A stretch of 33,309 nt of DNA from Candidatus Hydrogenedentota bacterium (GTDB lineage: Bacteria > Hydrogenedentota > Hydrogenedentia > Hydrogenedentales > GCA-2746185). Made by a program: the position numbers and the translations under genes. The notes under the pieces are model-generated. The model made no database searches. It was not told the DNA's origin and saw only the letters and a program-made list of their open reading frames with translations. This document shows, piece after piece, positions 7,622 to 17,328 of the stretch. Position 1 is the first letter of the stretch, and the number at the start of each line of letters is the position of its first letter. Where the stretch lies: NCBI GenBank assembly GCA_046583315.1, contig JAYGCN010000093.1:1-33309 (forward strand), in the 5' to 3' direction.

Positions 7622-8410
7622 TTAGGCTGAAATGGTTAACGGTTCAATGGTGTACATTGGGCTCGGTCGTTCTTGATCCGCGAGAATGAGTTTGGCGGAG
7701 TGTCCTTTGAGCACCTGATTGGCCATGTCGCGCACGAGGTCTTCGGAATTATTTTCTTGGGAGATGTGAACCGCCACGACCCATTGAAGATCGTCGTGCA
7801 CAAGAGCTGCCAACAACGAATTCATGTCCGCATTCGAGAGATGACCCATGTTGCTACGAATACGTTGAATGATCCCGGCGGGGTAGGGGCTGTTGCGAAT
7901 CATCATCGGGCAATAGTTTGACTCGAGAATGAGTGCATGGCAGCCCTCGAGTTGTTGGCGCACGAGATGGGTTGCTTTGCCGAGATCCGTGGCCAGACCG
8001 AGTCGCGATCCGTCGCATTCCACCACGAAGCTGAGCGGATCGATGGCGTCGTGGCTGACCTGGAACGAAGTGATCGTGAAGGGGCCGATGTGAAGTGTAT
8101 CGCCGCAGTCGAAATGGACGAGCGGTTTGATTTCACCTATTTTTGGATTGAGCGCTCGAAAGGTAGCTTCGGTGATGTAGGTGGGCACGTTGATTTTTCG
8201 ACTCATGATGCCGACACCTTTTACGTGGTCACCGTGTTCGTGGGTGATAAGAACGGCGAGCAGATTATCGAGGGATTCGCCGATTTCCTGGACCCTGGAT
8301 TGTAATTCGCGAAAGCTGAGACCGTTGTCGATCAGAATTTTTTCGTTCCCGGAATCGATGAGTATGGCATTGCCGGCACTGCCACTGCTGAGTAGGCTAA
8401 ACCGAAGCAC
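7622..8410 (-). CDS. MBL-fold metallo-hydrolase, YycJ/WalJ-like
   Basis: SSGSAGN, ITHEHGDH, VSHDA, ATDLG, LESNY, GHLSN, HISQENN. GTG start with AAGGAGA RBS. Confidence 0.92.
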   Translation of the reverse strand: MLRFSLLSSGSAGNAILIDSGNEKILIDNGLSFRELQSRVQEIGESLDNLLAVLITHEHGDHVKGVGIMSRKINVPTYITEATFRALNPKIGEIKPLVHFDCGDTLHIGPFTITSFQVSHDAIDPLSFVVECDGSRLGLATDLGKATHLVRQQLEGCHALILESNYCPMMIRNSPYPAGIIQRIRSNMGHLSNADMNSLLAALVHDDLQWVVAVHISQENNSEDLVRDMANQVLKGHSAKLILADQERPSPMYTIEPLTISA

Positions 8411-8449
8411 ATCGGTCTCCTTGACGTTGAATTCCCCCGAATTTGCTTG

Positions 8450-8478
8450 AGTATATCAGCGAACGGGGCCGGGTTCAA
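8450..8478 (-). promoter_or_regulatory. sigma70-type promoter for the yycJ-like operon
   Basis: Minus strand TTGAAC (8478-8473), 17-nt spacer, TATACT (8455-8450) with an extended -10 TGn. Confidence 0.7.
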
Positions 8479-8507
8479 TTGACAAGTTAGGTGATTGCTC
8501 GTATAAT
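8479..8507 (+). promoter_or_regulatory. Perfect-consensus sigma70 promoter of rpoN
   Basis: TTGACA (8479-8484), 17-nt spacer, TATAAT (8502-8507). Confidence 0.88.
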
Positions 8508-8522
8508 GGCATAAGACCTGCT
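8507..8522 (+). promoter_or_regulatory. sigma54 -24/-12 site overlapping the rpoN transcription start region
   Basis: TGGCATAAGACCTGCT has GG (8508-8509)-N10-GC (8520-8521), close to TGGCAC-N5-TTGCW. Confidence 0.7.
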
Positions 8523-8536
8523 TAGGGGGTTATGCT

Positions 8537-9967
8537 TTGCTGAATATGGGACAACGATTGGTGCAGACGCAGAGTCAGCGTCTGATGCTGACGCAGAAAA
8601 TGCAGCAAGCCTTGCAAATTCTGCGATACAATGCCCAGGAACTCGAAATCCACGTGCAGCAGGAGCTTGAAACGAACCCTGTTCTGGAGCGAGTCGCACC
8701 CACCGAGGTTGAAATGAGCGAAGAGTCTTCGACTTCCAACACTGTCGAGACCCATGATGAGGCGCCGGCACACGACGTCGAGTTTGATTTGGACAGTTAT
8801 GTGAACGCGTATGACCAGCGCCTGCGCGAGGGGCGCGACTTAAGCATCAATCACGAAATGGCCGCGCGCCGGGATCACTACCAGAATTCCATCACCAAAG
8901 AAGAGTCGCTGGTATCGAAATTAATGACGCAGGCGGGGCTGACCTTCCAGGATGAGACGCGTTACCTGATCGCCGAACTCATCATTGGTGAAATCGATGA
9001 TCGGGGATATTTTTCCGGGGATCTTGATGAGATTTCCAGCGAAATGAACGTGCCGGTATCGGATGTCGAGCGCGTGCTTTATCGCATTCAGAAATTCGAG
9101 CCAGTAGGGGTTGGCGCACGGGACATTGAAGAGTGTCTGTTATTGCAAATTCGCGTGGACTTTCCAGATGAACCGGAGTTGTGCGTTCTGGTTGAGGAGC
9201 ACTTCGAGGCCCTGCAGAAACGCCAGATTCCGCAAATCGCCAAAGCGATGAAAGTGCCGTCCGAGCGGATCGAAAAACTGAAGGACATGCTTTCCACGCT
9301 GGATCCGTGGCCGGGCAATGCCTTCGTATCGTCTCCCACCCAGTATATAGCGGCCGACCTTCTCGTGGAAAAGGAAGACGGGGAATATGTCGTCTTGTTA
9401 ACCAGCGAGGGCAGTCCGAAACTTCTGATCAATGACGAATACCGCTCGTTGGCCAAAGACAAATCGATGGACAAAGAAGAGCGGAAGTATTTGCGCGAGA
9501 AAGTGGAGTCCGCCAACTGGCTGATTCGTAATGTGGAGCAACGTCAGCAGACGATACTGAAAATCGGCACGGCGATTGTGGATGTGCAACGTGAATTTCT
9601 GGATAAAGGGGTCGATAAAATCAAACCGTTGACCCTGCAGGAAATCGCGGATGTGGTGGGCGTTCATGAAGCGACGGTGAGCCGGACCACGCGTGGAAAA
9701 TACATTCAGACGCCGCAAGGTCTATTCGAATTGAAGTATTTCTTCTCGACTGGCCTGAAAACGACGTCGGGCGAGGATCAATCGTCGAAGAGTGTGCAGT
9801 TGAAGATTAAAAAGATCATCGAAGCCGAAGACAAACGCAAACCGCTGTCCGATCAGAAAGTAGCGGATATGTTGAAGGCGGACGGGTTGTCCATCGCGCG
9901 GCGGACGGTATCGAAGTATCGTGATATTCTGAATATTCCCTCGACGACGATGCGGCGCGAGTACTAA
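8537..9967 (+). CDS. rpoN: RNA polymerase sigma-54 factor
   Basis: Gln/Leu-rich region I with ETNPVLE, EPVGVGARD, HEATVSR, FELKYFF, and RpoN box ARRTVSKYR. Start is TTG 8537 or ATG 8546. Confidence 0.98.
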   Translation: MLNMGQRLVQTQSQRLMLTQKMQQALQILRYNAQELEIHVQQELETNPVLERVAPTEVEMSEESSTSNTVETHDEAPAHDVEFDLDSYVNAYDQRLREGRDLSINHEMAARRDHYQNSITKEESLVSKLMTQAGLTFQDETRYLIAELIIGEIDDRGYFSGDLDEISSEMNVPVSDVERVLYRIQKFEPVGVGARDIEECLLLQIRVDFPDEPELCVLVEEHFEALQKRQIPQIAKAMKVPSERIEKLKDMLSTLDPWPGNAFVSSPTQYIAADLLVEKEDGEYVVLLTSEGSPKLLINDEYRSLAKDKSMDKEERKYLREKVESANWLIRNVEQRQQTILKIGTAIVDVQREFLDKGVDKIKPLTLQEIADVVGVHEATVSRTTRGKYIQTPQGLFELKYFFSTGLKTTSGEDQSSKSVQLKIKKIIEAEDKRKPLSDQKVADMLKADGLSIARRTVSKYRDILNIPSTTMRREY

Positions 9968-9989
9968 TCACGAAATTCATGGAGGCGTT

Positions 9990-11024
9990 ATGAGCGACGG
10001 TGAACTGGGTCGGCGAGATTTCTTGAAAACAACAGCGGGAACCCTGGGTGCAGGTGCGCTGGCATCGGGAATGACAAGCGTGCATGCAGCGGACGATGGC
10101 CTGGATCATCGTAACGAACGCTCGGATCGAATGCACTATCGCCAGCTGGGTCGAACGAAATTCATGTCGAGTCAGCTGGTATTCGGATGCGGCTCGGCGC
10201 TGGTTGGTGGAAAAGCTGTGCATTTGCTTGAGCGCGCCTATGAGGCCGGGGTAAATTATTTTGATATTGGCTCGAACGATTATTACAAAGGCGCCGAAAA
10301 ACATCTTGCGGCCTTCGCGAAGAAACGGCGCGGCGACATCTGGATTACCTCAAAGGGATACGCGCGGTCCTCAGTGGAACACACGTCGGGGAAAGACGTG
10401 AGCGTGGAGTATGCCAAGGTCGCGGCAACGTTCTGGACGCATCTGGTCGAGCAAAGTCTCATCGATCTGGATTCGGATACCATTGATGCCTATTTCACAC
10501 AAGGCGCGAACGATCCAAGTCTGGTGCGAAGTGAAGAAATGGGGCGCGCATTTGAAAACGTGAAGGCATCGGGCAAAGTAGGGCACGTTGGCGTGAGTAC
10601 GCATCAGAATGCGCAGGCGGTGTTGGCGACGGCCGTGGAAACGGGGTGGTATGACATTGCCATGGTCGCGGTGAATCCGGCTGGCTGGTACGATTGGAAA
10701 AACAAGGCGATGTTGGCCGGCACCCCGTCGTTGAAGGCGTTGCGTCCTGAATTGGATCGGGTGCGTGAGTCGGGTATGGGGGTGATCGGCATGAAAGCGG
10801 GACGTCTGATAGCGCCTCTTCGCGCGGGTGGTCGCGGAGACACGGCGGCCTTCGATTCCTTCTACGACGCGAAACTTATGCAGGCCTCCTACACGCCCCA
10901 TCAGCGTTCTTATGCCTTCGTATTGGCCCACGGCCTGGATGCGGTCAACGCGGACATGCAGAATTTCAAACATTTCGAGGAAAATCTCGGAGCGGTACGC
11001 GACGGCCATACATACTTCGCCTAA
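9990..11024 (+). CDS. Aldo/keto reductase family protein with Tat signal
   Basis: GRRDFLK signal, YRQLGRT, GVNYFD, ITSK, GKVGHVGVSTH, GMGVIGMK. RBS GGAGG. Confidence 0.88.
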   Translation: MSDGELGRRDFLKTTAGTLGAGALASGMTSVHAADDGLDHRNERSDRMHYRQLGRTKFMSSQLVFGCGSALVGGKAVHLLERAYEAGVNYFDIGSNDYYKGAEKHLAAFAKKRRGDIWITSKGYARSSVEHTSGKDVSVEYAKVAATFWTHLVEQSLIDLDSDTIDAYFTQGANDPSLVRSEEMGRAFENVKASGKVGHVGVSTHQNAQAVLATAVETGWYDIAMVAVNPAGWYDWKNKAMLAGTPSLKALRPELDRVRESGMGVIGMKAGRLIAPLRAGGRGDTAAFDSFYDAKLMQASYTPHQRSYAFVLAHGLDAVNADMQNFKHFEENLGAVRDGHTYFA

Positions 11025-11042
11025 ACAACTGGTTCGTCGTGT

Positions 11043-12374
11043 TTAGTCTCGGTATATCCTGCGCCAGTAGTTCACGTACCCACCGATGTTTTGATAAGCC
11101 ATCTCACCGTCGATTTCGTACAAGGGCACCCGTTCACCTTCGATGGCGTACCCTTTGTCGTCATCCACACGTGCGTACCTAAAGGGCTGATGCGAGAGGG
11201 GGCTGAGCGGGATCGCGTCGTAATACTCCGGCACGAGCGCGTCAAGCGATTCGGGATAGGCTCCGTGCTCGGAACGATAATCCTCGATAGTGAATGAGAG
11301 TTCCGTGGCCGTGTATTGCGCGTTGGCCTGGTGGGCTCGCAGAAGTTCCGAGATCATATCCTGGGCAATATAGGCGTTTCTCTGATCCCAATAGGTCATG
11401 TCCCGCCAATCCAGCGCGTCGATCAAGTCCGGATAGTCGGAGGGGTGAGCATCGGCGATAGTGCGTAGCGTCGGCAGGCGTTCGCGAATGGCATTTGCGA
11501 TGTGTTGGAGTATGAAAACCCCAATCCGCGCGTCGAAACGGATATCATTTCCCTGTTCTGCGAGGACACCAGGATAGGTCAGTGTTTCGTCGATGGAGCC
11601 AAGAACAGTATCGAGTACGCGCTGAATATTGGGTATCGGGATGGATTGGTTACGAAGCAGATCGCGCAGGGCTGCCCGTAGTTCGGGATCGTCATGGCGA
11701 CGATACATCGATTGCACCTGATTGTAATAATTTCCCCAGTTTCCCCACATGCCCGATCCGGAAACGGAATTCGTGAATATGGAGTTGAGCCGGTAGACGG
11801 CCTCCAACGCTTCGAGGCCGTCTTCACGGTTCTCTTTGTGATTGATTTTCGTCACGGCGTGGGCCAGTTGTACGCGTAACACTTTGTGTGGGTACAAAAC
11901 AGAATCGTAGGTCCAAATATTCACGGTCGGGGTCCAGGCGCCATGTGAATTGATGAAACGGGGCATCTTCGAAGCCGACTCGGCGAGCGTGACGACCTCG
12001 CGTGTATCGTCAAGGTACTTGAGGGTCTCTGGATCGTCATCGGGTCGTTTGATGCCCAACAAAGCAGCGATAGAATCAAGATCGGGTTGGTAGTCGAATT
12101 TCGATTGCGGGGAATCCGGGTCGGGCACCAGCAACGGAATCGGCTCGATAGGAATCAGCAGGTCGGCCTCGAAGACTTTGAAGTAGGCGTTCTGGGTGGT
12201 ATCGCTTCGCAGGCGTTCCTGTTCGGCGTAGAATTCAGGCAGTATCAGCTCCGTCTCCGTATTGCCAATGTTTACGACAACGATGAGTCCCGCAAAAGTG
12301 ACGAGCAATAGCCCGAGAAGAATTAGATTTCGCCAGCGTAGTTTTTTACCTTTGCGGGTCCGGATTCGCGCCAT
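11043..12374 (-). CDS. Membrane-anchored hypothetical protein with a C-terminal GspG-like motif (paralog B)
   Basis: Basic N-terminus plus one TM helix. C-terminal IEDYRSEHGAYPESLDALVPEYYDAIPLSPLSHQPFRY. Confidence 0.75.
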   Translation of the reverse strand: MARIRTRKGKKLRWRNLILLGLLLVTFAGLIVVVNIGNTETELILPEFYAEQERLRSDTTQNAYFKVFEADLLIPIEPIPLLVPDPDSPQSKFDYQPDLDSIAALLGIKRPDDDPETLKYLDDTREVVTLAESASKMPRFINSHGAWTPTVNIWTYDSVLYPHKVLRVQLAHAVTKINHKENREDGLEALEAVYRLNSIFTNSVSGSGMWGNWGNYYNQVQSMYRRHDDPELRAALRDLLRNQSIPIPNIQRVLDTVLGSIDETLTYPGVLAEQGNDIRFDARIGVFILQHIANAIRERLPTLRTIADAHPSDYPDLIDALDWRDMTYWDQRNAYIAQDMISELLRAHQANAQYTATELSFTIEDYRSEHGAYPESLDALVPEYYDAIPLSPLSHQPFRYARVDDDKGYAIEGERVPLYEIDGEMAYQNIGGYVNYWRRIYRD

Positions 12375-12394
12375 GGGATTCCTTGTTCGTTGCT

Positions 12395-13741
12395 CTACTG
12401 TTCCTCGTCGAAATTCGCCGCTTTTACATAATGGTATCGGTCGACAGACTGAACCCTACCACGATATCCGTATGAGTTTAGCTCAATATCACTGAGATTG
12501 TAAAAGTTCCCATCAGCGCTGTATTCGAAGGGTTGTCCTGTTGCTGGACTGATGGGTACGCTTTTGACGTAGTCGGGCGTGAGTGCTTCGAGTGCTTCGG
12601 GGTAGGCGGCGTGGTCGAGATTGTATTTCTCAAGCAACACGGTAATGCGCGTGGCCACCTGTAACCCGTTAAGTCGATGCGCACGAGCAAGCCCATCGAA
12701 GAGAGTGAGCGTGCAGTGGGAATCCAAATAATCAACCCAGGGTACTGCGGCCCAATCAGCACTGATGAGCCAGGGTTCGTATTCGGGGATCGTCTTCGGC
12801 GCCAGTGTTTTCAGTTCGTCGAGTTCCTGGATGAAAAACTCAGCCACGTTCTGGAACTGAATCAGACTAATTTGCTCTTCCAGACCGGCGCGATATTCAA
12901 TATCGTGGGAGTCCAGTATCGTGGGGGTCATGTAAGTGTCGTCGATCGCGCGCAGATGGGCATCAAGAACGGCCACCATGTCTTGATGGGGAACTGGTTG
13001 ATCGCGGAGCATCCCATCGAGCGCATCAAGTGTCTCGCGATCGGTCGTGTTGCGTGCAAGGGTTTGGATAATTTTGTAGTAGTCGATGCTGAACTCACGT
13101 GTTTCCCAACCGTAATAGAGTTTGAGAGGTTCATCGGTCATCATGCGCTGAATCTGCGCGAGTTGGTTGAGGGATTCAACGCCGGCATCCCGTTCATCCC
13201 AGAATCGAATCTGCACGTTCGCGTGAGCCAACCATGTCGCATACAGAACGGAGAATTGGGGATTGGGGGGTAGATGGATGCCTCCGTGTCGTATTCCCAG
13301 GGGGTATTGCAGTCGAAAGAAGGGGCGATCAAGGGCACTCTTCGCCGCTTCGATTGCGGCTTCGGCATCCCGGAGGAACTGAAGAAATTTTGGGTCGTCT
13401 TCAGCTAACGCAATACCGAGTGTGTGGCTTATCGAATTGGGCTGTGCTACGAAAGGCGGTGTTGAGTTCTTTTGTCCGGGAATAAGAAAAGGAGCGACTG
13501 TGGGCTTGTTGGGCAACAGGGACATCGCTTCCACCAGCGCGTAGAACGCGTTGTTTTCGGTATCTGCACGTTCAGCGGTTATGGAATCGCGATCGTTAGG
13601 AAAAATAAAAACATCTTCGCGATTGAGCATCCGAATAAAAACGATGAATGCGACGAAAGCAATCAGGAGGAGGCTTGCCAGCACAAAATTGCATCGGGAC
13701 CGCTTATGGCGGCTTTTGCGTTTACGCCTGGCGATGATCAA
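12395..13741 (-). CDS. Membrane-anchored hypothetical protein with a C-terminal GspG-like motif (paralog A)
   Basis: Basic N-terminus plus one TM helix. C-terminal LEKYNLDHAAYPEALEALTPDYVKSVPISPATGQPFEY. 4-bp overlap with the upstream permease. Confidence 0.75.
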   Translation of the reverse strand: MIIARRKRKSRHKRSRCNFVLASLLLIAFVAFIVFIRMLNREDVFIFPNDRDSITAERADTENNAFYALVEAMSLLPNKPTVAPFLIPGQKNSTPPFVAQPNSISHTLGIALAEDDPKFLQFLRDAEAAIEAAKSALDRPFFRLQYPLGIRHGGIHLPPNPQFSVLYATWLAHANVQIRFWDERDAGVESLNQLAQIQRMMTDEPLKLYYGWETREFSIDYYKIIQTLARNTTDRETLDALDGMLRDQPVPHQDMVAVLDAHLRAIDDTYMTPTILDSHDIEYRAGLEEQISLIQFQNVAEFFIQELDELKTLAPKTIPEYEPWLISADWAAVPWVDYLDSHCTLTLFDGLARAHRLNGLQVATRITVLLEKYNLDHAAYPEALEALTPDYVKSVPISPATGQPFEYSADGNFYNLSDIELNSYGYRGRVQSVDRYHYVKAANFDEEQ

Positions 13742-14610
13742 CCTCCAATGGCGTGGGCCGAAGCATATTCCCGGTGGCGCACAGATATGACGGTCATGAT
13801 AACAAAGGCGAGGGAGATTATGGCCAGAGTAAGCATGGCTTGGGGAAGTTCAATGGCGAAAATATGTTTCTGAAAATCGCCGAGTTCAGTTTGAAAGGTT
13901 ACGGTGTTATCCCTCATCGCGGTGGAGGGCTGTATGGCGTCGACGTACTTTCCGATAGTCAGGAAGTCGATATATCCAGGAATTACCATCGCCAGGGGCT
14001 GCCAGGCGTAGATGAGGATGACCCCAATTATGATGGGGCGTTTGGAAAAGGCACCGAGAAACATCGTGAGCGAGCCGTAGCCGAGCAATCCGAACATCGT
14101 GGTCACCCAGAAATGCGTCACCAATCGGATGTTTTCGGATTCGAAGCCAAAGTTTTGCAGGGTTGTGCATGAACCAAAGAGCAACGCCAGGGAAATGCCC
14201 ATAATGCCGGAGGATGTCATCATGTATGCCAGGAAACGACCGATCACCCATGCGGAGCGAGGCAGTGGTCGGGTGAGAATATAGGGGATGGTGTGGGCTT
14301 CCACGTCTTGACCGATAAGCATGGTGGCAAAGAAAAGTGCGAGCAACGGCGTTAGGCCGGAGACATATACGGTCATGGTGATCTGCGTAAACGTGTCTTT
14401 GCCGCTTTCGCCGAACTGGCTTGAGGAAATGAGCGCGAGCATGAGCGGGATAACAATGGGTAAGAAGCAGATGAAGGTCGCAAAAATGATGCGGCGTTGT
14501 CTGAGCAACAGGACGAGGGATTGACCGAAAGAGGCGAATACCGAGTTGATGTATCCGCGGTGACCGGGCTGTTGCTGGCTCAGGAATAGTTTTAAGTTGT
14601 CATCGGACAT
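13738..14610 (-). CDS. ABC-2 type transporter permease
   Basis: Several TM helices and the motif DVEAHTIPYILTRPLPR. The ATG at 14610 lies 10 nt after the ATPase stop, so the longer ORF-track start is unlikely. Confidence 0.88.
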   Translation of the reverse strand: MSDDNLKLFLSQQQPGHRGYINSVFASFGQSLVLLLRQRRIIFATFICFLPIVIPLMLALISSSQFGESGKDTFTQITMTVYVSGLTPLLALFFATMLIGQDVEAHTIPYILTRPLPRSAWVIGRFLAYMMTSSGIMGISLALLFGSCTTLQNFGFESENIRLVTHFWVTTMFGLLGYGSLTMFLGAFSKRPIIIGVILIYAWQPLAMVIPGYIDFLTIGKYVDAIQPSTAMRDNTVTFQTELGDFQKHIFAIELPQAMLTLAIISLAFVIMTVISVRHREYASAHAIGG

Positions 14611-14620
14611 GGGTGCGGCC

Positions 14621-15538
14621 TTATTTGATGAGGTATTCAAAAACGGATTGAAGGTTATCGTCAGAGCATTCAATACTGCGGATCGTGTCTGGATCGAGCA
14701 GAACAAGATCGTTCAGCTTCTGGAAGCAGGTATTCGGGTCGCTCGTGCGTAGCGTAAGTCGTTCTTCGCTGAATTCCATATTGATCGTGTCGTCCACCGT
14801 CGTAAATTCTGTGGCGAGCTGTCGCGGATGCGGACATTCCACGATGATGGTGTGCGGATGGCGATCAATCAGGTCACGAATTTCGCGCACCCGTCCCTGG
14901 GCCAGCATCGTTCCGTTGTAGAGCAACACAATGGTGTCGGTGACGCGCTCGACTTCGTAGAGGATATGGGTGGAGACGATAACGGATTTTCCTTCTTCGC
15001 CCAGGCGCTTAATCAGAGCAAACATTTCTTCGCGACCCTTGGGATCGAGACCGCCCATGGGTTCATCGAGTAGTAGCAATTCCGGTTTCGATGCGAGGGC
15101 CTGCGCGATCTTGATGCGTTGACGCATGCCTTTGCTGTATTCATCGATGGGGTCGTCCATGCGCTCGGTCATGCCCACCAATTCGCAGACTTCTTCAGCC
15201 GTTTTGATTGCTTCTTTGCGGGTCATGCCCCACTGGCGGTTGAGCCAATAAACGAATTCGTAGCCCGTCATGTTTTCGAAGAAGGTGTCCGTTTCCGGGC
15301 AATAGCCGAGCCGTTGCATGACGGAGAGATTGTTGCGTGGATTGCCCTCGAACACTCTGATGGAGCCGCGACTGGGGGTGTAGAGTCCGAGCATGAGTTT
15401 GAATAAGGTGCTCTTGCCCGCGCCGTTGGGCCCAAGCAGTCCGGTAACGCCTTTTTCGATAGTAAGTGTAAGATTGTTGATCGCGACCACTTCGCCGAAC
15501 CATTTGGAGAGTTCTTTGACTTCGATAAGCGTGCTCAT
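14621..15538 (-). CDS. ABC transporter ATP-binding protein
   Basis: GPNGAGKST, YSKGMRQR, LLLDEP, STH. The real start MSTLIEV at 15538 overlaps the upstream permease stop by 4 bp. Confidence 0.95.
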   Translation of the reverse strand: MSTLIEVKELSKWFGEVVAINNLTLTIEKGVTGLLGPNGAGKSTLFKLMLGLYTPSRGSIRVFEGNPRNNLSVMQRLGYCPETDTFFENMTGYEFVYWLNRQWGMTRKEAIKTAEEVCELVGMTERMDDPIDEYSKGMRQRIKIAQALASKPELLLLDEPMGGLDPKGREEMFALIKRLGEEGKSVIVSTHILYEVERVTDTIVLLYNGTMLAQGRVREIRDLIDRHPHTIIVECPHPRQLATEFTTVDDTINMEFSEERLTLRTSDPNTCFQKLNDLVLLDPDTIRSIECSDDNLQSVFEYLIK

Positions 15539-16410
15539 AGGGCGACCTCGGCTTTCTTGATTCGTCGCAGGATGATGAGCAAGGCGCCCAAACACACAGC
15601 GACGACATACGCGAGGGTCCATTCGTATCGGAGCGGGAACATCAAGCGGGTATCGCCGAAGAAATGTTGTCCGACGTGATTTATGGCAACCGGAAATGAA
15701 ACGGCGAAATAGTTGGGTTCCCGTAGGACGCCACCGAGCGTGAGTCCGAGCATGGAATTCGCGAGCAATACCATTAGCACGGATACGGCGGCGAAGTTTT
15801 TGCTGCGAATGAGTGCTGAACCGGCGAGAACCGCGAGCGTCGTGGGTGCAACGACGACAATGGAGTATCCGATGATGGCGAAGAACCATGGGATGGAGTC
15901 TTTGAAGGTGTCCATACCGGGTAACATCAAGTTGTGCATGACGACGAGCACGATGGCGGGAATTAGGCTGTGCACCGCGCCGATGAGGGAGAGGCTGAGG
16001 ATTTTCCCGAGTGCGTAGTCTTTCCAGGTGATGGGTTTGGAGAAATAGATCTCCATCAGATTGTTCTTTACATCGTTGCAGATCATGCCCGATCCAGCGA
16101 AAAGCACTACCAGAAAGATAATGAATGACTGCATGCGTAGAAAATCGTAGAACATCATCCCGTTGACTTCGAGATCCTGAATGTTGGAGAAGGCCTGGGC
16201 GAGCGGACTATTCGGGTCCTGCGCGATCACGTCGTAGGCGGTGATTTGCATGAGTCGCAGGATGAAGTGGAGCATGGAGACCAGCAAGGTCAGCAAAAAG
16301 AATCGCGATTTCAGTAAGAGGCGCAACTCCTGGCGAATGATAATCCACCAGCGGAAGTTTTGACGGTAGTTACCGTCGTATTCGCGGTAGGTCTGTTCAT
16401 AAATCGGCAT
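15535..16410 (-). CDS. ABC-2 type transporter permease
   Basis: Several TM helices and the motif DVKNNLMEIYFSKPITWKDYALGK. Confidence 0.88.
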   Translation of the reverse strand: MPIYEQTYREYDGNYRQNFRWWIIIRQELRLLLKSRFFLLTLLVSMLHFILRLMQITAYDVIAQDPNSPLAQAFSNIQDLEVNGMMFYDFLRMQSFIIFLVVLFAGSGMICNDVKNNLMEIYFSKPITWKDYALGKILSLSLIGAVHSLIPAIVLVVMHNLMLPGMDTFKDSIPWFFAIIGYSIVVVAPTTLAVLAGSALIRSKNFAAVSVLMVLLANSMLGLTLGGVLREPNYFAVSFPVAINHVGQHFFGDTRLMFPLRYEWTLAYVVAVCLGALLIILRRIKKAEVAL

Positions 16411-17324
16411 TAGTCGTCTCCCAGCGCATGCATGAATGCCTCGGCGAGAGTGCGACGTGCCTGGCGGAAATGGCGGATCTGCGTGTCGCAGCTTCGTGCG
16501 ATTTCGAAGAGGGCCTGCGGTTCAAGTCCATGCGGCTGTCCGATAAACAGGTCGCCGTTTTTGAGTTCGCCACATTGATAGCCCGCATCGAGCACTTTCT
16601 GAATGAATTCGTTTTTGTTGTCGCGCACGCGGACCTCGTATTTCTTGTCCTGAAGTTCCGTCAACTCTTTCATACTGCCCTGTTTCACGACTTTTCCGTC
16701 GTTGATAATTAGGATATGTTCGCAAACATGTTGTACGTCGGGCAGCAGGTGAGAAGAGAGCAATACGGTGATGCCGCGTTCGTAGGCCAGGTCACGCACC
16801 AGTTCCAGCATTTCGATTCGGCTGTCCGGGTCGAGTCCATTCGTGGGCTCATCGAGCAGCAAAATTTTAGGGTCGTGGATGAGTGCCTGCCCCAGTTTAA
16901 CGCGTTGCAGCATTCCGGTGGAGTAGGTTTGCATGTTTCGGTAGCGTGCCTCTCCGAGAGTCACATAATTGAGGACCTCATGCGCCCGCTCAAGCGCATC
17001 CACGCGCGTCATACCGAGCAGCTCGCCGCAATAGGTGAGAAAGGAGACCGCGCTGATATTGGGGCTCATGACTTCGCGCTCGGGCATGTAGCCGATTTTC
17101 AGTCGCACCGCCAAAGCTTCTTCGGGCATCTTGTGGCCCAGGATGTTGACCGTGCCTTTTCGCGCTCGGTTGAAGCCAAGAATGGTTTTCATGGCCGTGC
17201 TTTTGCCCGCCCCATTGGGGCCGAGAATGCCGATTGCGCCGGAGCCGAGTTCGAATGAAATGGAATGCAACGCTTGAAAGGAGCCGTACCAAACATCTAC
17301 TTCGTCGAAAATCACTGTCGCCAT
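16410..17324 (-). CDS. ABC transporter ATP-binding protein
   Basis: GPNGAGKST, YSTGMLQR, LLLDEPTNGLDP, SSHLL. Confidence 0.95.
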   Translation of the reverse strand: MATVIFDEVDVWYGSFQALHSISFELGSGAIGILGPNGAGKSTAMKTILGFNRARKGTVNILGHKMPEEALAVRLKIGYMPEREVMSPNISAVSFLTYCGELLGMTRVDALERAHEVLNYVTLGEARYRNMQTYSTGMLQRVKLGQALIHDPKILLLDEPTNGLDPDSRIEMLELVRDLAYERGITVLLSSHLLPDVQHVCEHILIINDGKVVKQGSMKELTELQDKKYEVRVRDNKNEFIQKVLDAGYQCGELKNGDLFIGQPHGLEPQALFEIARSCDTQIRHFRQARRTLAEAFMHALGDD

Positions 17325-17328
17325 AGAT

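Noticed and set aside
11022..11044. TAAACA...TGTTTA inverted repeat between convergent genes as a terminator
   Set aside because: Weak AT-rich stem built partly from the stop codons, with no U-tract.
14621..15889. 422-aa version of the ABC ATPase and 322-aa version of the permease (to 14706)
   Set aside because: The extensions overlap upstream genes. Starts at 15538 and 14610 give normal lengths and tight gene spacing.
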